A stretch of DNA of 64,000 bases from Chloroflexota bacterium (lineage in GTDB: Bacteria; Chloroflexota; Limnocylindria; Limnocylindrales; CSP1-4), in NCBI GenBank assembly GCA_025351245.1, contig JANXWH010000087.1:4822-68821 (forward strand). Reading direction: 5' to 3'. Of the stretch, positions 39,883-50,424 are shown one piece after another; the first letter of the stretch is position 1; each line of letters opens with the position of its first letter. Both the position numbers and the translations under genes were made by a program. Below the pieces are notes generated by a model, which searched no databases, was not told the DNA's origin, and saw only the letters and a program-made list of their open reading frames with translations.

Positions 39883-41751
39883 ATGGCCCACGAGACCACG
39901 CGCGTTCCGCCGGGGCCGGGTGACGTCGTCCGCGAGGTCCGCGGCCTGACCGGCGTCCCGTGGCGCCGCCTCCTTGGCTATGTCCGGCCCCACCTGCGGC
40001 TCTTCGGCCTCGCGCTCGTCGGGCTCATCCTGTCGGCGGGCCTCGGGCTCGTGTTCCCGCTCCTGATCGCGTGGATCACGACCATCGTCGTCGTCGGCGG
40101 CGACATGGGCGGGCTCGACCGGCTCGTCCTCCTGCTCATCGTCCTGTTCTCCGTGCAGGCCGTCGGAAGCTTCCTCCAGACGTACTTCCTCGGCGTCGTC
40201 GGGGAGCGGATCGTCGCCCGGATCCGGGCGGAGCTGTTCGCCCGGCTCGTGACGCTCTCGCTTGACTTCTACGTCCATGCGCGGGTGGGCGACCTCGTCT
40301 CGCGCCTGTCGAGCGACGTCACGCAGGTCCGGACGATGCTCACCCAGACGATCACCAACCTGCTCGCCGCGTCCGTCGGGCTCGTCGGATCGATCGTCAT
40401 CCTCTTCGTGCTGAGCCCGACGCTGCTTCTCCTGGTCCTCGTGCTGGCGCCCGCCCTCATCGGCGTCGCCTTCGCGTTCGGACGGCCGCTCCAGCGGGTG
40501 AGCACGCAGGTCCAGGACGAGATCGCGCGGACCACGACGACGGCCGAGGAGGTGCTCTCCGGCATCCGCATCGTCAAGAGCTTCGTCCGCGAGGACTGGG
40601 AGATCCGCCGGTACGGTGCCGACCTCAACCGCGTCGTCGCCCGGGCGACCCGACTCGCGCTCTGGCGCGGGATGTTCGGGGCCGTCATGACGTTCGTCGG
40701 GTTCGGGGCCATCGCGGTTCTCCTCTGGTACACGGGCCGCCAGGTGATCGAAGGCACGCTCGTGATCGGGACGTTGACGAGCTTTCTCCTGTACGGCGTC
40801 TCGATCGCGGCGAATCTCGCCAGCATCGCCGGCCAGTACGGCCAGGTCCGCGAGGGCTCGGGAGCCGTCCAGCGCGTCTTCGAGCTCCTCGACACGGAGT
40901 CGACGATCCTGGACGCGGCGACGGCGCAGCCGATGCCCCGCGTCGCGGGCAGGATCATTCTCGACAAGGTCTCGTTCGGATACCTGCCGGACCGACCGGT
41001 GCTGCGCGGGATCGATCTCGACATCGCTCCCGGTGAGATCGTGGCGCTGGTCGGCCCGTCAGGGTCCGGCAAGACAACCCTGTGCAACCTCATCCCGCGC
41101 CTCTGGGACGTGACGGACGGGGCCATCCGGATCGATGGCATCGATATCCGGCACGTTGATGTGCGGAGCCTGCGCAACCAGATCGGCCTGGTCCCGCAGG
41201 AAGCGACCCTGTTTGGCGGCACGATCCGCGAGAACATCCGCTACGGCCGGCTGGATGCCTCGGAGGCGGAGATCATCGAAGCGGCCAGGGCCGCGTTCGC
41301 GCATGAGTTCATCGCCGCGCTTCCAGAGGGCTACGAGACGCCCCTGGGCGATCGGGGAGCGCGTCTCTCCGGCGGCCAGCGCCAGCGGATCGCGATCGCC
41401 CGGGCCATCCTCAAGGATCCCCGGATCCTCCTCCTGGACGAGGCAACGAGCTCCCTGGACAACGAATCGGAGCGCGCGGTCCAGGCCGCGCTCAACCGGC
41501 TCATGGTGGGTCGGACCACGCTCATCGTGGCGCACCGTCTCTCGACGATCCGGGCCGCCCATCGAATCGCGGTGCTCGACGACGGCTGGCTCGTCGAGCT
41601 CGGGACCCAGGACGAGCTCCTCGCGCGCGACGGGCTCTACGCGCGCCTCCACCGGCTGCAGTTCACCGACGCGCCCGATGCCGATGCCGGCCGCCCGGTC
41701 CCCCTCGAAGGGTCCATCCGGACCCTAGACTCGCGCACTTCGCCCGCCTAG
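39883..41751 (+). CDS. ABC exporter, fused permease/ATPase (MsbA/multidrug type)
   Basis: Six TM helices, then Walker A GPSGSGKTT, signature LSGGQRQR, and Walker B LLLDEATS. Confidence 0.9.
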   Translation: MAHETTRVPPGPGDVVREVRGLTGVPWRRLLGYVRPHLRLFGLALVGLILSAGLGLVFPLLIAWITTIVVVGGDMGGLDRLVLLLIVLFSVQAVGSFLQTYFLGVVGERIVARIRAELFARLVTLSLDFYVHARVGDLVSRLSSDVTQVRTMLTQTITNLLAASVGLVGSIVILFVLSPTLLLLVLVLAPALIGVAFAFGRPLQRVSTQVQDEIARTTTTAEEVLSGIRIVKSFVREDWEIRRYGADLNRVVARATRLALWRGMFGAVMTFVGFGAIAVLLWYTGRQVIEGTLVIGTLTSFLLYGVSIAANLASIAGQYGQVREGSGAVQRVFELLDTESTILDAATAQPMPRVAGRIILDKVSFGYLPDRPVLRGIDLDIAPGEIVALVGPSGSGKTTLCNLIPRLWDVTDGAIRIDGIDIRHVDVRSLRNQIGLVPQEATLFGGTIRENIRYGRLDASEAEIIEAARAAFAHEFIAALPEGYETPLGDRGARLSGGQRQRIAIARAILKDPRILLLDEATSSLDNESERAVQAALNRLMVGRTTLIVAHRLSTIRAAHRIAVLDDGWLVELGTQDELLARDGLYARLHRLQFTDAPDADAGRPVPLEGSIRTLDSRTSPA

Positions 41752-41811
41752 CATCCCAACGTGGGGAGTGTCCCACGCGAGCGCGCAGTACCAGCCGAGG
41801 GTGAGCTCATC

Positions 41812-43650
41812 ATGGATGGATGGACCGGGCAATTCCTGCGGGTCAACCTGACGTCCAGGACGTTCAGGATCGAGACGTTCTCGGAGGAGTTTGCCCACAC
41901 GTGGATCGGCGGCCGCGGCTTCGCGGTCAAGATCCTCTACGACGAGCTTGCCCCGGGGATCGATCCCCTCGGACCAGACAACAAGCTGGTCGTGGCCGTG
42001 GGCCCCATCTCCGGCATCCCGGCCCCCAACACCGGCAAGACGATCGTCGCCGCCAAGTCGCCCGCGACCGGCGGCTACGGCGACGGGAATCTCGGCACGC
42101 GCGTCACGGACCAGCTCCGCAAGGCGGGCTATGACGCCCTCATCGTCGAGGGCCGTGCGGACCGCCCCACGCTGCTCTCCATCCACGACGACCGCGTCGA
42201 GTTCCTGCCGGCCGACGAGGTCTGGGGCAAGGGCACGATGGAGACGAACGACTGGATCTACGCCCGCTACGGGAAGGGCGTCGGGGTCCTGAACATCGGC
42301 CAGGCCGGCGAGAACATGGTCCGCTTCGCGGTGGTCCGCAGCCTCGAGGGGCGGTCCGGTGGCCGGCCCGGCATGGGCGCGGTGATGGGCTCGAAGCTCC
42401 TCAAGGCGATCGTGGTGAAGGGCTCCAAGCCAATCCCGCAGGCGTTCCCCGTCGCGATGAAGGAGTTGGGCCGGGACGACCTGCGGACCGTCCACGCGAT
42501 GGACAAGGAGGCCGCCTGGTCCATCCAGGGCACGACCGGCGTCCTGCCCTGGTGCAACGAGGTCGCGGCGCTCCCAGTCCACAACTTCCGCGGCACCCAC
42601 CACCCGGACGCCTGGAAGGTCGACGGCGAGCGGGTCCATGCGGCGCGGGTCGCCACGTACGGCTGCCCGAACTGCACGATGCGGTGCGGCATCGGCATCC
42701 CCGACGACGAGGGTCGCGAGGCGGAGGTCGACTACGAGAACATCGGCCTCCTGGGGCCGAACCTCGATCTCTTCGACCTCCCCCAGGTCGCCGCGCTCAA
42801 CTACCTGTGCGACGACTACGGGCTGGACACGATCTCGGCCGGCGGCGTGCTGGGCTTCTACGCCGATGCGATCGAGCGGGGAGCCGTCTCGGGCGACCTC
42901 CGCTTCGGCGACGCGGCCGGCTTCAAGAAGGTCCTCGGCATGATCGCCCGGCGCGAGGGCCAGATCGGCAACCTCCTCGCCGAGGGGACGCTGCGCGCCG
43001 CTCGGGCGTTCGGCCACGGGTCCGAGGACTATGCGATGCAGGTCAAGGGCCTGGAGATCTCGGCCTACAACTGCAAGTTCATCCCCGGCATGGCCCTCGC
43101 GTTCGGGGTGAGCCCGATCGGCGCCCACCACAAGGAATCGTGGATCATCACGTTCGAGGTCAAGCAGACCACCCGCGGGTCGTACGGGCGGGACAAGGCC
43201 CAGAAGATCGTCGACCTCCAGCGGATCCGGGGCGGGCTCTTCGAGTCGATCGTCACGTGCCGGTTCCCGTGGGTGGAGCTCGGCTGGGGCGTGGAGCACT
43301 ACCCGACCTACTTCAACACGATCACCGGCAGCGACTGGAAGCTGGAGGACTTCTGGCCGATCTCCGACCGGATCTACGCGCTCATGAAGCTGTTCTGGCT
43401 GCGCGAGTACCCGCAGACGGACCGGTCGGCCGACTTCCCGCCAGCGGCCTGGTTCGATCCGGCCAACGCCGACACCGAGGGACCGATCGCCGGCATGCAT
43501 CTCGATCGCGAGCAGTACGACGGGATGCTGCAGCACTACTACGACATTCGCGGCTACGACACCCGCGGCGTGCCGACCCGGGCCACCCTGGAGAGCCTGG
43601 GGCTCGGCGTCGAGGCGGTGGCCGCGGAGGCGTACGTGACGCTGCGCTGA
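41812..43650 (+). CDS. aldehyde:ferredoxin oxidoreductase family (tungstopterin enzyme)
   Basis: ATG 41812 after GAGGGTGAG. MDGWTGQFLRVNLT, IGGRGF, and the 4Fe-4S motif CPNCTMRC (CxxCxxxC). 612 aa. Confidence 0.88.
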   Translation: MDGWTGQFLRVNLTSRTFRIETFSEEFAHTWIGGRGFAVKILYDELAPGIDPLGPDNKLVVAVGPISGIPAPNTGKTIVAAKSPATGGYGDGNLGTRVTDQLRKAGYDALIVEGRADRPTLLSIHDDRVEFLPADEVWGKGTMETNDWIYARYGKGVGVLNIGQAGENMVRFAVVRSLEGRSGGRPGMGAVMGSKLLKAIVVKGSKPIPQAFPVAMKELGRDDLRTVHAMDKEAAWSIQGTTGVLPWCNEVAALPVHNFRGTHHPDAWKVDGERVHAARVATYGCPNCTMRCGIGIPDDEGREAEVDYENIGLLGPNLDLFDLPQVAALNYLCDDYGLDTISAGGVLGFYADAIERGAVSGDLRFGDAAGFKKVLGMIARREGQIGNLLAEGTLRAARAFGHGSEDYAMQVKGLEISAYNCKFIPGMALAFGVSPIGAHHKESWIITFEVKQTTRGSYGRDKAQKIVDLQRIRGGLFESIVTCRFPWVELGWGVEHYPTYFNTITGSDWKLEDFWPISDRIYALMKLFWLREYPQTDRSADFPPAAWFDPANADTEGPIAGMHLDREQYDGMLQHYYDIRGYDTRGVPTRATLESLGLGVEAVAAEAYVTLR

Positions 43651-43652
43651 AG

Positions 43653-43880
43653 ATGAAGGTCACCGTCAGGCTGATCGGCGGCTTCGTCTACACGCTCGGG
43701 TTCCGCGAGCGGGAGCTCGAGCTCCCGCCGGGGACAACGGTGGCCCAGCTCCTGGATGCGATCGCGATCGACCGTACCCGGCCCGTGATCGTCGGCCGGA
43801 ACGGGTGGGCAATCGACCTGGTCGAGGAGCTCTGCGAGGGCGACCGGATCCTGGTCTCCCCGGTCTTCTCCGGGGGCTGA
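43653..43880 (+). CDS. MoaD/ThiS-family ubiquitin-like sulfur carrier
   Basis: 75 aa, beta-grasp-like sequence ending in GG (..ILVSPVFSGG). Starts 2 nt after the AOR stop. Confidence 0.75.
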   Translation: MKVTVRLIGGFVYTLGFRERELELPPGTTVAQLLDAIAIDRTRPVIVGRNGWAIDLVEELCEGDRILVSPVFSGG

Positions 43881-44534
43881 ACGGGTCGGCCCCCGGGGGG
43901 CACCGCGCCGTCCGGCGCCAGGGGAGGGGAGGGGGCCCGCAGCAGACACCCGACCCCCCGGTGTCGCCCCCGACGAACAGGGCGCCTGAATCGAAGTCAG
44001 GCCGGGACCTGCATGCGGGCGCGCAGCCACGACGTCCGCCGGAGGCGAACGCACGCGCCGAGCGATGGGTCGACCCGGCAGGCAACCGATCGGTTATAGC
44101 CGTCTGGTCGCCGGGAGCGACGTCCCGGGCCGGGCCGAGGCTCGCTCGCGGGCACGGTCCATGTCGGCGGGGAGCCGGGTCGCCCGACGGGGCGCTGGTT
44201 CCGCCCCGCCGACCGATCAACACGAGCGGAACGCGGACTTGCGTTGTGGGCGTAGCATCGACGCATCGGATGCCCGCTTCTGCCGCTTGGGGGTGCGCAG
44301 TGACGTCGTCGGCCATGGTCGGAAGACCGGATGTTGCACGGAGGGCTCGCTCGGCGAGGCCGACAGCGACGCTGCCGTGTACGGCCGACTCGACGCGCGG
44401 CGTGACGAACCTCGCCACGCGGCCCCGAGCGGGCAACATCAGCTCCGACACCCGCGCGGGCGTGTGACGGCGGTCTGGGTCGCAGTGCCCGGCTCCGCCC
44501 GCCATGAACCGCTTGTCACTCACGGAGATCATCC

Positions 44535-44574
44535 AGAACCGGCGCCCTGAGGCGGGCGCCGGTTCTTCTGTTGT
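44535..44574 (+). terminator. strong GC hairpin with a weak T-rich tail
   Basis: AGAACCGGCGCC (44535-44546) pairs perfectly with GGCGCCGGTTCT (44555-44566), with an 8-nt loop, followed by TCTGTTGT. Confidence 0.5.
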
Positions 44575-44587
44575 AGTATGCTACAAC
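44570..44587. promoter_or_regulatory. inverted repeat upstream of the HTH-PIN module (candidate operator, overlaps a TAGTAT -10-like hexamer)
   Basis: GTTGTAG-TATG-CTACAAC with 7-bp perfect arms, 39 nt upstream of ATG 44626. Confidence 0.45.
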
Positions 44588-44625
44588 ACGTTCACACGCG
44601 AGAGTTCGCCGAACCGGAGGGACCG

Positions 44626-44880
44626 ATGACCCTGACCGTGCCAGAGGCCGCCCGACGCGTCGGCCGCAATCCGGAGACGATCCGGCGGTGGATCAGGGAA
44701 GGGAAGCTCCCATCCCGGAAGATCGGAACGCAGCACCTCATCGAGGAACGCGACCTCAATGCCGTGACCGTGCCTGACGCCGATCGCATGCCGCTCCCGG
44801 CTGCCTGGCAGCGGACGATCACCGGCGAGCCGATGCCCGACTGGCTGGCGCTCATCCGCCAGGCACGATCGCGCCGCTAG
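44626..44880 (+). CDS. excisionase/MerR-type HTH protein, putative antitoxin
   Basis: ATG 44626 after GGAGGG. LTVPEAARRVGRNPETIRRWIREGKLPSRKIG matches helix-turn-helix_17/excisionase-type HTH. 84 aa, and stops 1 nt before the PIN gene. Confidence 0.75.
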   Translation: MTLTVPEAARRVGRNPETIRRWIREGKLPSRKIGTQHLIEERDLNAVTVPDADRMPLPAAWQRTITGEPMPDWLALIRQARSRR

Positions 44881-44881
44881 G

Positions 44882-45274
44882 ATGCGCCTCGTCATCGACG
44901 CCAGCGCCGCGCTGCCCGCGTTCACGAGCCCCGATGGACCTCCGGCGCTCGCCGGCCACGAAGTCATCGGGCCCGACCTCCTCTGGTCCGAGTTCACCTC
45001 AGAGCTCCACGCCGCGCTCCGGCGGGGCGAGGTCAGCACCGTGACGGCCGCGGCCGCTCTCGACGCACTCGACGCCGTGGTCGCGCACGTCGACACTCCG
45101 GCGCTGCATCGGCGCGCCTGGGAGGTCGCGGAACGCCTCGGCTGGGGTCGCACCTACGACGCCGAGTATGTCGCGGTCGCTCTCGACCAGGGCCTACCGC
45201 TTCTTACTCTCGACGCACGCCTGGCGCGGGGGGTCGAGGACCTTTTACGCGTCATCGGCCCGGCAGATCTCTGA
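44882..45274 (+). CDS. PIN-domain protein, putative VapC-like toxin
   Basis: LVIDASAAL (first acidic residue), YDAEYVAVAL, LLTLDARL. 130 aa. Confidence 0.7.
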   Translation: MRLVIDASAALPAFTSPDGPPALAGHEVIGPDLLWSEFTSELHAALRRGEVSTVTAAAALDALDAVVAHVDTPALHRRAWEVAERLGWGRTYDAEYVAVALDQGLPLLTLDARLARGVEDLLRVIGPADL

Positions 45275-45532
45275 CGGACCTGAGTGGCAACAGCCTCTTC
45301 CGGGTTCCTGCTTCACTTCCGATAATGTAAGTTATGTTCGCCTAACCACATGTCGTCGGTTGGCGCAGTGTGAAATCGCATAGAAATGTCTTAGAAACGT
45401 TCGACGAGCTGCTCGGCGCCGCCAGGACCCCCGCCAGGGCAAACGGCAGGACGTGGCCGGCGGCGGCGGCGCTACATCGCATGGACTGCGGCCGGCATTC
45501 AAGGGGTTGTCAGGGCGTCAGGCTCGGCTGGG

Positions 45533-45955
45533 TCATCGGGGCTCAAGTCCCGCGACCGAAACGCCGCGCCGCTCAAAGTCCTCGCGCACGACCCGTACGA
45601 CGGCCATGGCCTGCCGGACCGCTGTCGCCGACTCGATTGGACTGACGGGCTCAATGTCGTCTGGATAACGGCTGTCGGTAGCAAACGCCGAGAGGCGGCC
45701 AAGGTCGGGAGGCGATCGTTTTACCCGCCAGCCATCCGGCAAGCGATTCCGGAGGTCGTTGAGATCGTGCGTCCTTGGTGGATCGACGCCGGCAAGGACG
45801 AGCGCCCCCTTGATCGCCTTTTCCGCTGCCTGCTGGCTATGGAACGCTACGATTCGCGGTCGAACATGACGACCGGGCTGCGCTCGTGCCGCCTCCAGGT
45901 CACCGATGGCGAAGCCGAGCCACATGAGAGCGTCGGGCGCTCGGTCACCGCTCAT
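45533..45955 (-). CDS. HEPN-domain protein (COG2250 type), putative toxin
   Basis: ATG 45955 overlaps the upstream MNT gene by 11 nt. FHSQQAAEKAIKG, RTHDLNDL, ATDSRYPD are classical HEPN motifs. Confidence 0.8.
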   Translation of the reverse strand: MSGDRAPDALMWLGFAIGDLEAARAQPGRHVRPRIVAFHSQQAAEKAIKGALVLAGVDPPRTHDLNDLRNRLPDGWRVKRSPPDLGRLSAFATDSRYPDDIEPVSPIESATAVRQAMAVVRVVREDFERRGVSVAGLEPR

Positions 45956-46592
45956 AGACGGTGACCCCTTCACGAATGGCATCCGCGAGCGCCGACCCAA
46001 TCAGCGGTCGGGCGAGGTTCGCGGTCGTGGCGACCAGCACGTCTTTCGCGAACGGCATGCTCCGAAGGAGGCTCAGGATTTCCGCACGCCGCTCGCGTCG
46101 ATTGACCTCGCCGGCGAATACAACGAGAAGGTCGACATCGCTATTGGGCCCGGCGTCGCCGCGGGCCTGGGACCCGAAGAGAACGACCCTCGCCGGGTGA
46201 TACATGGACACGATCGATTGGATCGCTGTCGGCCAAGCGGCTCGAATGAGTTCGTCGCGGATCGTGGGCGGCGCGCTCGGCCACGATGATGCGGGCGACG
46301 CGACGCGGGCGGCGTGCGCGATCCTGTCGGCGTCCTTCTTGCCCAGCCGCCATTCGGCCAGCTCGCGGAGGGCATGTCGCGGTGCTTCGGGTGTGAATCG
46401 CAGTCGACCGCGCGGCGTTTCGCGAACGACGACGTTGGCGTCGACCAATCCGTTGACCGCCCGTTGGATCGTGGAGAGCGGCCTCCCGGTCATGCGGGCG
46501 ATCTCGGTCAGGGTCGCGCCGTCCATCGCGTCGAGGACGAGCAAGGTCGATGCGGCGGGCTCGGTGAGGATCGATTGCATCGCCAGCAGCAT
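45945..46592 (-). CDS. winged-helix HTH fused to a minimal nucleotidyltransferase (MNT), putative antitoxin (alternative start ATG 46580)
   Basis: N-terminal wHTH (ATLTEIARMTGRPLSTIQRAVNGLVDANVVVRE). C-terminal MNT motif FGSQARGDAGPNSDVDLLVV. Confidence 0.8.
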   Translation of the reverse strand: MLLAMQSILTEPAASTLLVLDAMDGATLTEIARMTGRPLSTIQRAVNGLVDANVVVRETPRGRLRFTPEAPRHALRELAEWRLGKKDADRIAHAARVASPASSWPSAPPTIRDELIRAAWPTAIQSIVSMYHPARVVLFGSQARGDAGPNSDVDLLVVFAGEVNRRERRAEILSLLRSMPFAKDVLVATTANLARPLIGSALADAIREGVTVYER

Positions 46593-46616
46593 CTACGCGA
46601 TGTGCGTATCTGTCAA
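46588..46616 (-). promoter_or_regulatory. candidate promoter of the MNT/HEPN operon (TTGACA-17-GATGCT)
   Basis: On the minus strand, TTGACA (46616-46611), a 17-nt spacer, GATGCT (46593-46588), then ATG 46580 seven nt further. This implies a leaderless mRNA. Confidence 0.4.
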
Positions 46617-46808
46617 GGTCGTGCCGTTGTCGTGGCCGCGGGATCGGAGGCTCCGGGCGATCTCCGCGACTTCGACCGTTCCTCGGGCATGTCAGCCACC
46701 TGCACAGACGTACACGATACTGGGGTCAAGTCAAACTGCGGTCGAGGCAATCGCCACGGCACCTTGGTCGTGTGACGCCCGAGCGGCTCGCGAGCGCGAT
46801 GCGGCGGA

Positions 46809-47261
46809 TCAGCCCAGGCGAACGCGCGTCGGTCGGATCCGGATCGGGACGCTGAAGTCGCGCGCGGTCTGGGTGAAGTCCAGGCCCCAGTGCGCGTGCG
46901 GCTCGCCGTACTTCGCCTTGTAGCGTTCGTGGGCGTCCAGCGGCGGGATCGTCACATCGATCACTGCCGTGCCTTCGATGATGAGAGAGTGGTCGCCGTA
47001 CGGGTCGGACTGGAGATGGAACGACACGAGCGGCGAGTGAGCAATATTGCGGAGCTTCGGCGTGTTGGGTTGGCTATAGAAGAACAGGTCGGCGCCGTCG
47101 TGAAGGAACGAGATCAGGGAGGACTGGACGCGGCCGTCCGGCGCGACGGTCGTCAGCCAGGCAACGACGTCACGCTCGAGATGCTCCCGTGCCCAGACTG
47201 CGTCATTGCGAGCGAGCGCGGCCGTCAGCGGACCGTCCGTCAGCGGATCATTGTTGGTCAT
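46809..47261 (-). CDS. PPOX-class (pyridoxamine 5'-phosphate oxidase-like, probably F420-dependent) protein
   Basis: 150 aa. VAWLTTVAPDGRVQSSLISF, and a split-barrel pattern like the TIGR03667-type family. Confidence 0.7.
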   Translation of the reverse strand: MTNNDPLTDGPLTAALARNDAVWAREHLERDVVAWLTTVAPDGRVQSSLISFLHDGADLFFYSQPNTPKLRNIAHSPLVSFHLQSDPYGDHSLIIEGTAVIDVTIPPLDAHERYKAKYGEPHAHWGLDFTQTARDFSVPIRIRPTRVRLG

Positions 47262-48264
47262 GCCTTCCCTCCGGTGCTGTCGCCGCGATCGTAGCCGGGT
47301 CGGTGCGCGTCACCGATCCAGTTGACGATTTGACTCGGCCCTGCGCGAACCAGTGGAGCACGCGCATCGCGCGGAGCGTGTTCCACCGGCTTGGCTTGCC
47401 CTCGCCGTCCTCCATCTGGAAGTGGACCTCGCCCGCGTGGACGTTCTGGAGCGGCCACCGACCGTCGGGATCGCGATTGCCCTCGACGGCCCCGATCGCC
47501 TCGGCGACGCGCTCCTCGGGCTTGACCTCGGCGCGGCGCAGGTACTCCAGCCCGCGCAGGACGTCGTAGAAATACCAGGTCGGGAACGAGAACCGGAGCC
47601 AGCTGGGGTCGATCACCTCGCCGGTCGTCTTCCGACGGAACAGCCGGCGCTCGAGCAGGTACTCCTCGCCGCGGCGGCGTGCCGCGCGCACCCCGGCCGA
47701 GCCGCCGGTCGCCCGCTCGTGCTCGAGCAGGCCCTCGAGGACGTTGATCGTCGTCCCGAACGACGACACCGTCGCGCCGTTCTCGACCTCGCAGTTCCAG
47801 CCGCCGTCAGGGAGCTGCTCACGGAGGAGCCGGTTGACGAGGCCCTGGACGTCCTGGCCGAAGTACGAGCCGGTCGCGACGACGTTGCCGTTGATGCACG
47901 GCTCAACCTCGCCGTCGAAGAACCGGTTGTCGGCCCATGGGGTTTCTTCGGGTGCGCCGCCCCTCCAGGTGACACGCTCGCGGACGAGACCGACTGCCCG
48001 CCGGGCCTGCTCGCTCTCGGGATCGAGCCCCAGGCGCCGCAGAAGCTCCAGGACGTGAAACGTGTCCGTCCAGTCGTGCGACCATGGTCTGCCGCCCCAC
48101 TGGCCGTCCGGCCCCTGGAGCGCGATCAGCCGGGCGCCCCAGCCCTCGGTCGCGACCCGTGACCGCTCAGCGGCGATGACGTCCGCCTGCTCGTGCGTCA
48201 GGTCGCGCATCACCTGCCAGCGGATCGAGGGATCGGAGTCGAGCAACCATTCGATGACGGTCAT
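47248..48264 (-). CDS. prenyltransferase/squalene-cyclase-repeat (alpha/alpha toroid) protein
   Basis: 338 aa with repeated DG.W motifs (PDGQWGG, PDGGWNC, PDGRWPL). Overlaps the downstream PPOX gene by 14 nt. Confidence 0.65.
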   Translation of the reverse strand: MTVIEWLLDSDPSIRWQVMRDLTHEQADVIAAERSRVATEGWGARLIALQGPDGQWGGRPWSHDWTDTFHVLELLRRLGLDPESEQARRAVGLVRERVTWRGGAPEETPWADNRFFDGEVEPCINGNVVATGSYFGQDVQGLVNRLLREQLPDGGWNCEVENGATVSSFGTTINVLEGLLEHERATGGSAGVRAARRRGEEYLLERRLFRRKTTGEVIDPSWLRFSFPTWYFYDVLRGLEYLRRAEVKPEERVAEAIGAVEGNRDPDGRWPLQNVHAGEVHFQMEDGEGKPSRWNTLRAMRVLHWFAQGRVKSSTGSVTRTDPATIAATAPEGRHDQQ

Positions 48265-48281
48265 GTCCCTGCTTCGCGCCT

Positions 48282-49958
<1,677 letters not shown>

Positions 49959-50028
49959 GGCCGCTCCAGCGTAGCGGCCCAGAGCCGCGTATGGCGGCGA
50001 CCCCTGGTGTCGCTTCTTGACGGATCGG

Positions 50029-50052
50029 TGATACAACCGTATGGTTGTATCA
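50029..50052. promoter_or_regulatory. perfect 10-4-10 inverted repeat, candidate ArsR-family operator
   Basis: TGATACAACC-GTAT-GGTTGTATCA ends immediately before ATG 50053 and contains TATGGT as a possible -10. Confidence 0.6.
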
Positions 50053-50424
50053 ATGGAAGCCACACCAAACGCCGACCACGTCTTTGCCGCACTCGCGGAT
50101 GCCACCCGGCGCGACATCGTCCTGCGGGCGCTCGCAGGCCGCGAGGGCGTCGTCGAGCTGGCCGGGCACTACCCGATGAGCTTTGCGGCGGTGCAGAAGC
50201 ACGTCGCCGTGCTCGAGCGCGCCGGCCTCATCACCAAGGAACGCACCGGCCGCCGCAAGGTCGTGCGCACCAACGTCGAGGGGCTCCAGCTGGCTCGAAG
50301 CCTGCTCGACCAGTACGAGGCGCTGTGGCGCGGCCGCGTCGAGCGCATGACCAACATCATCACCAGCACCGAGGAGGCCCACACATGCCTGTCACTGCTG
50401 TCGGCAAGGATCCCGAAGCTCTGA
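50053..50424 (+). CDS. ArsR/SmtB-family transcriptional regulator (alternative start ATG 50041)
   Basis: FAALADATRRDIVLRAL...MSFAAVQKHVAVLERAGLI wHTH. Overlaps the SRPBCC gene by 40 nt. Confidence 0.85.
   Translation: MEATPNADHVFAALADATRRDIVLRALAGREGVVELAGHYPMSFAAVQKHVAVLERAGLITKERTGRRKVVRTNVEGLQLARSLLDQYEALWRGRVERMTNIITSTEEAHTCLSLLSARIPKL

Noticed and set aside
43666-44532. 288-aa minus-strand ORF, and the HQLRH..H.. string in plus ORF 44065..44550 that resembles tyrosine-recombinase box II
   Set aside because: Both translations are dominated by Arg, Pro and Gly. The recombinase-like string lacks the catalytic Tyr context and any upstream box I. I cannot support a coding call or an integrase remnant.
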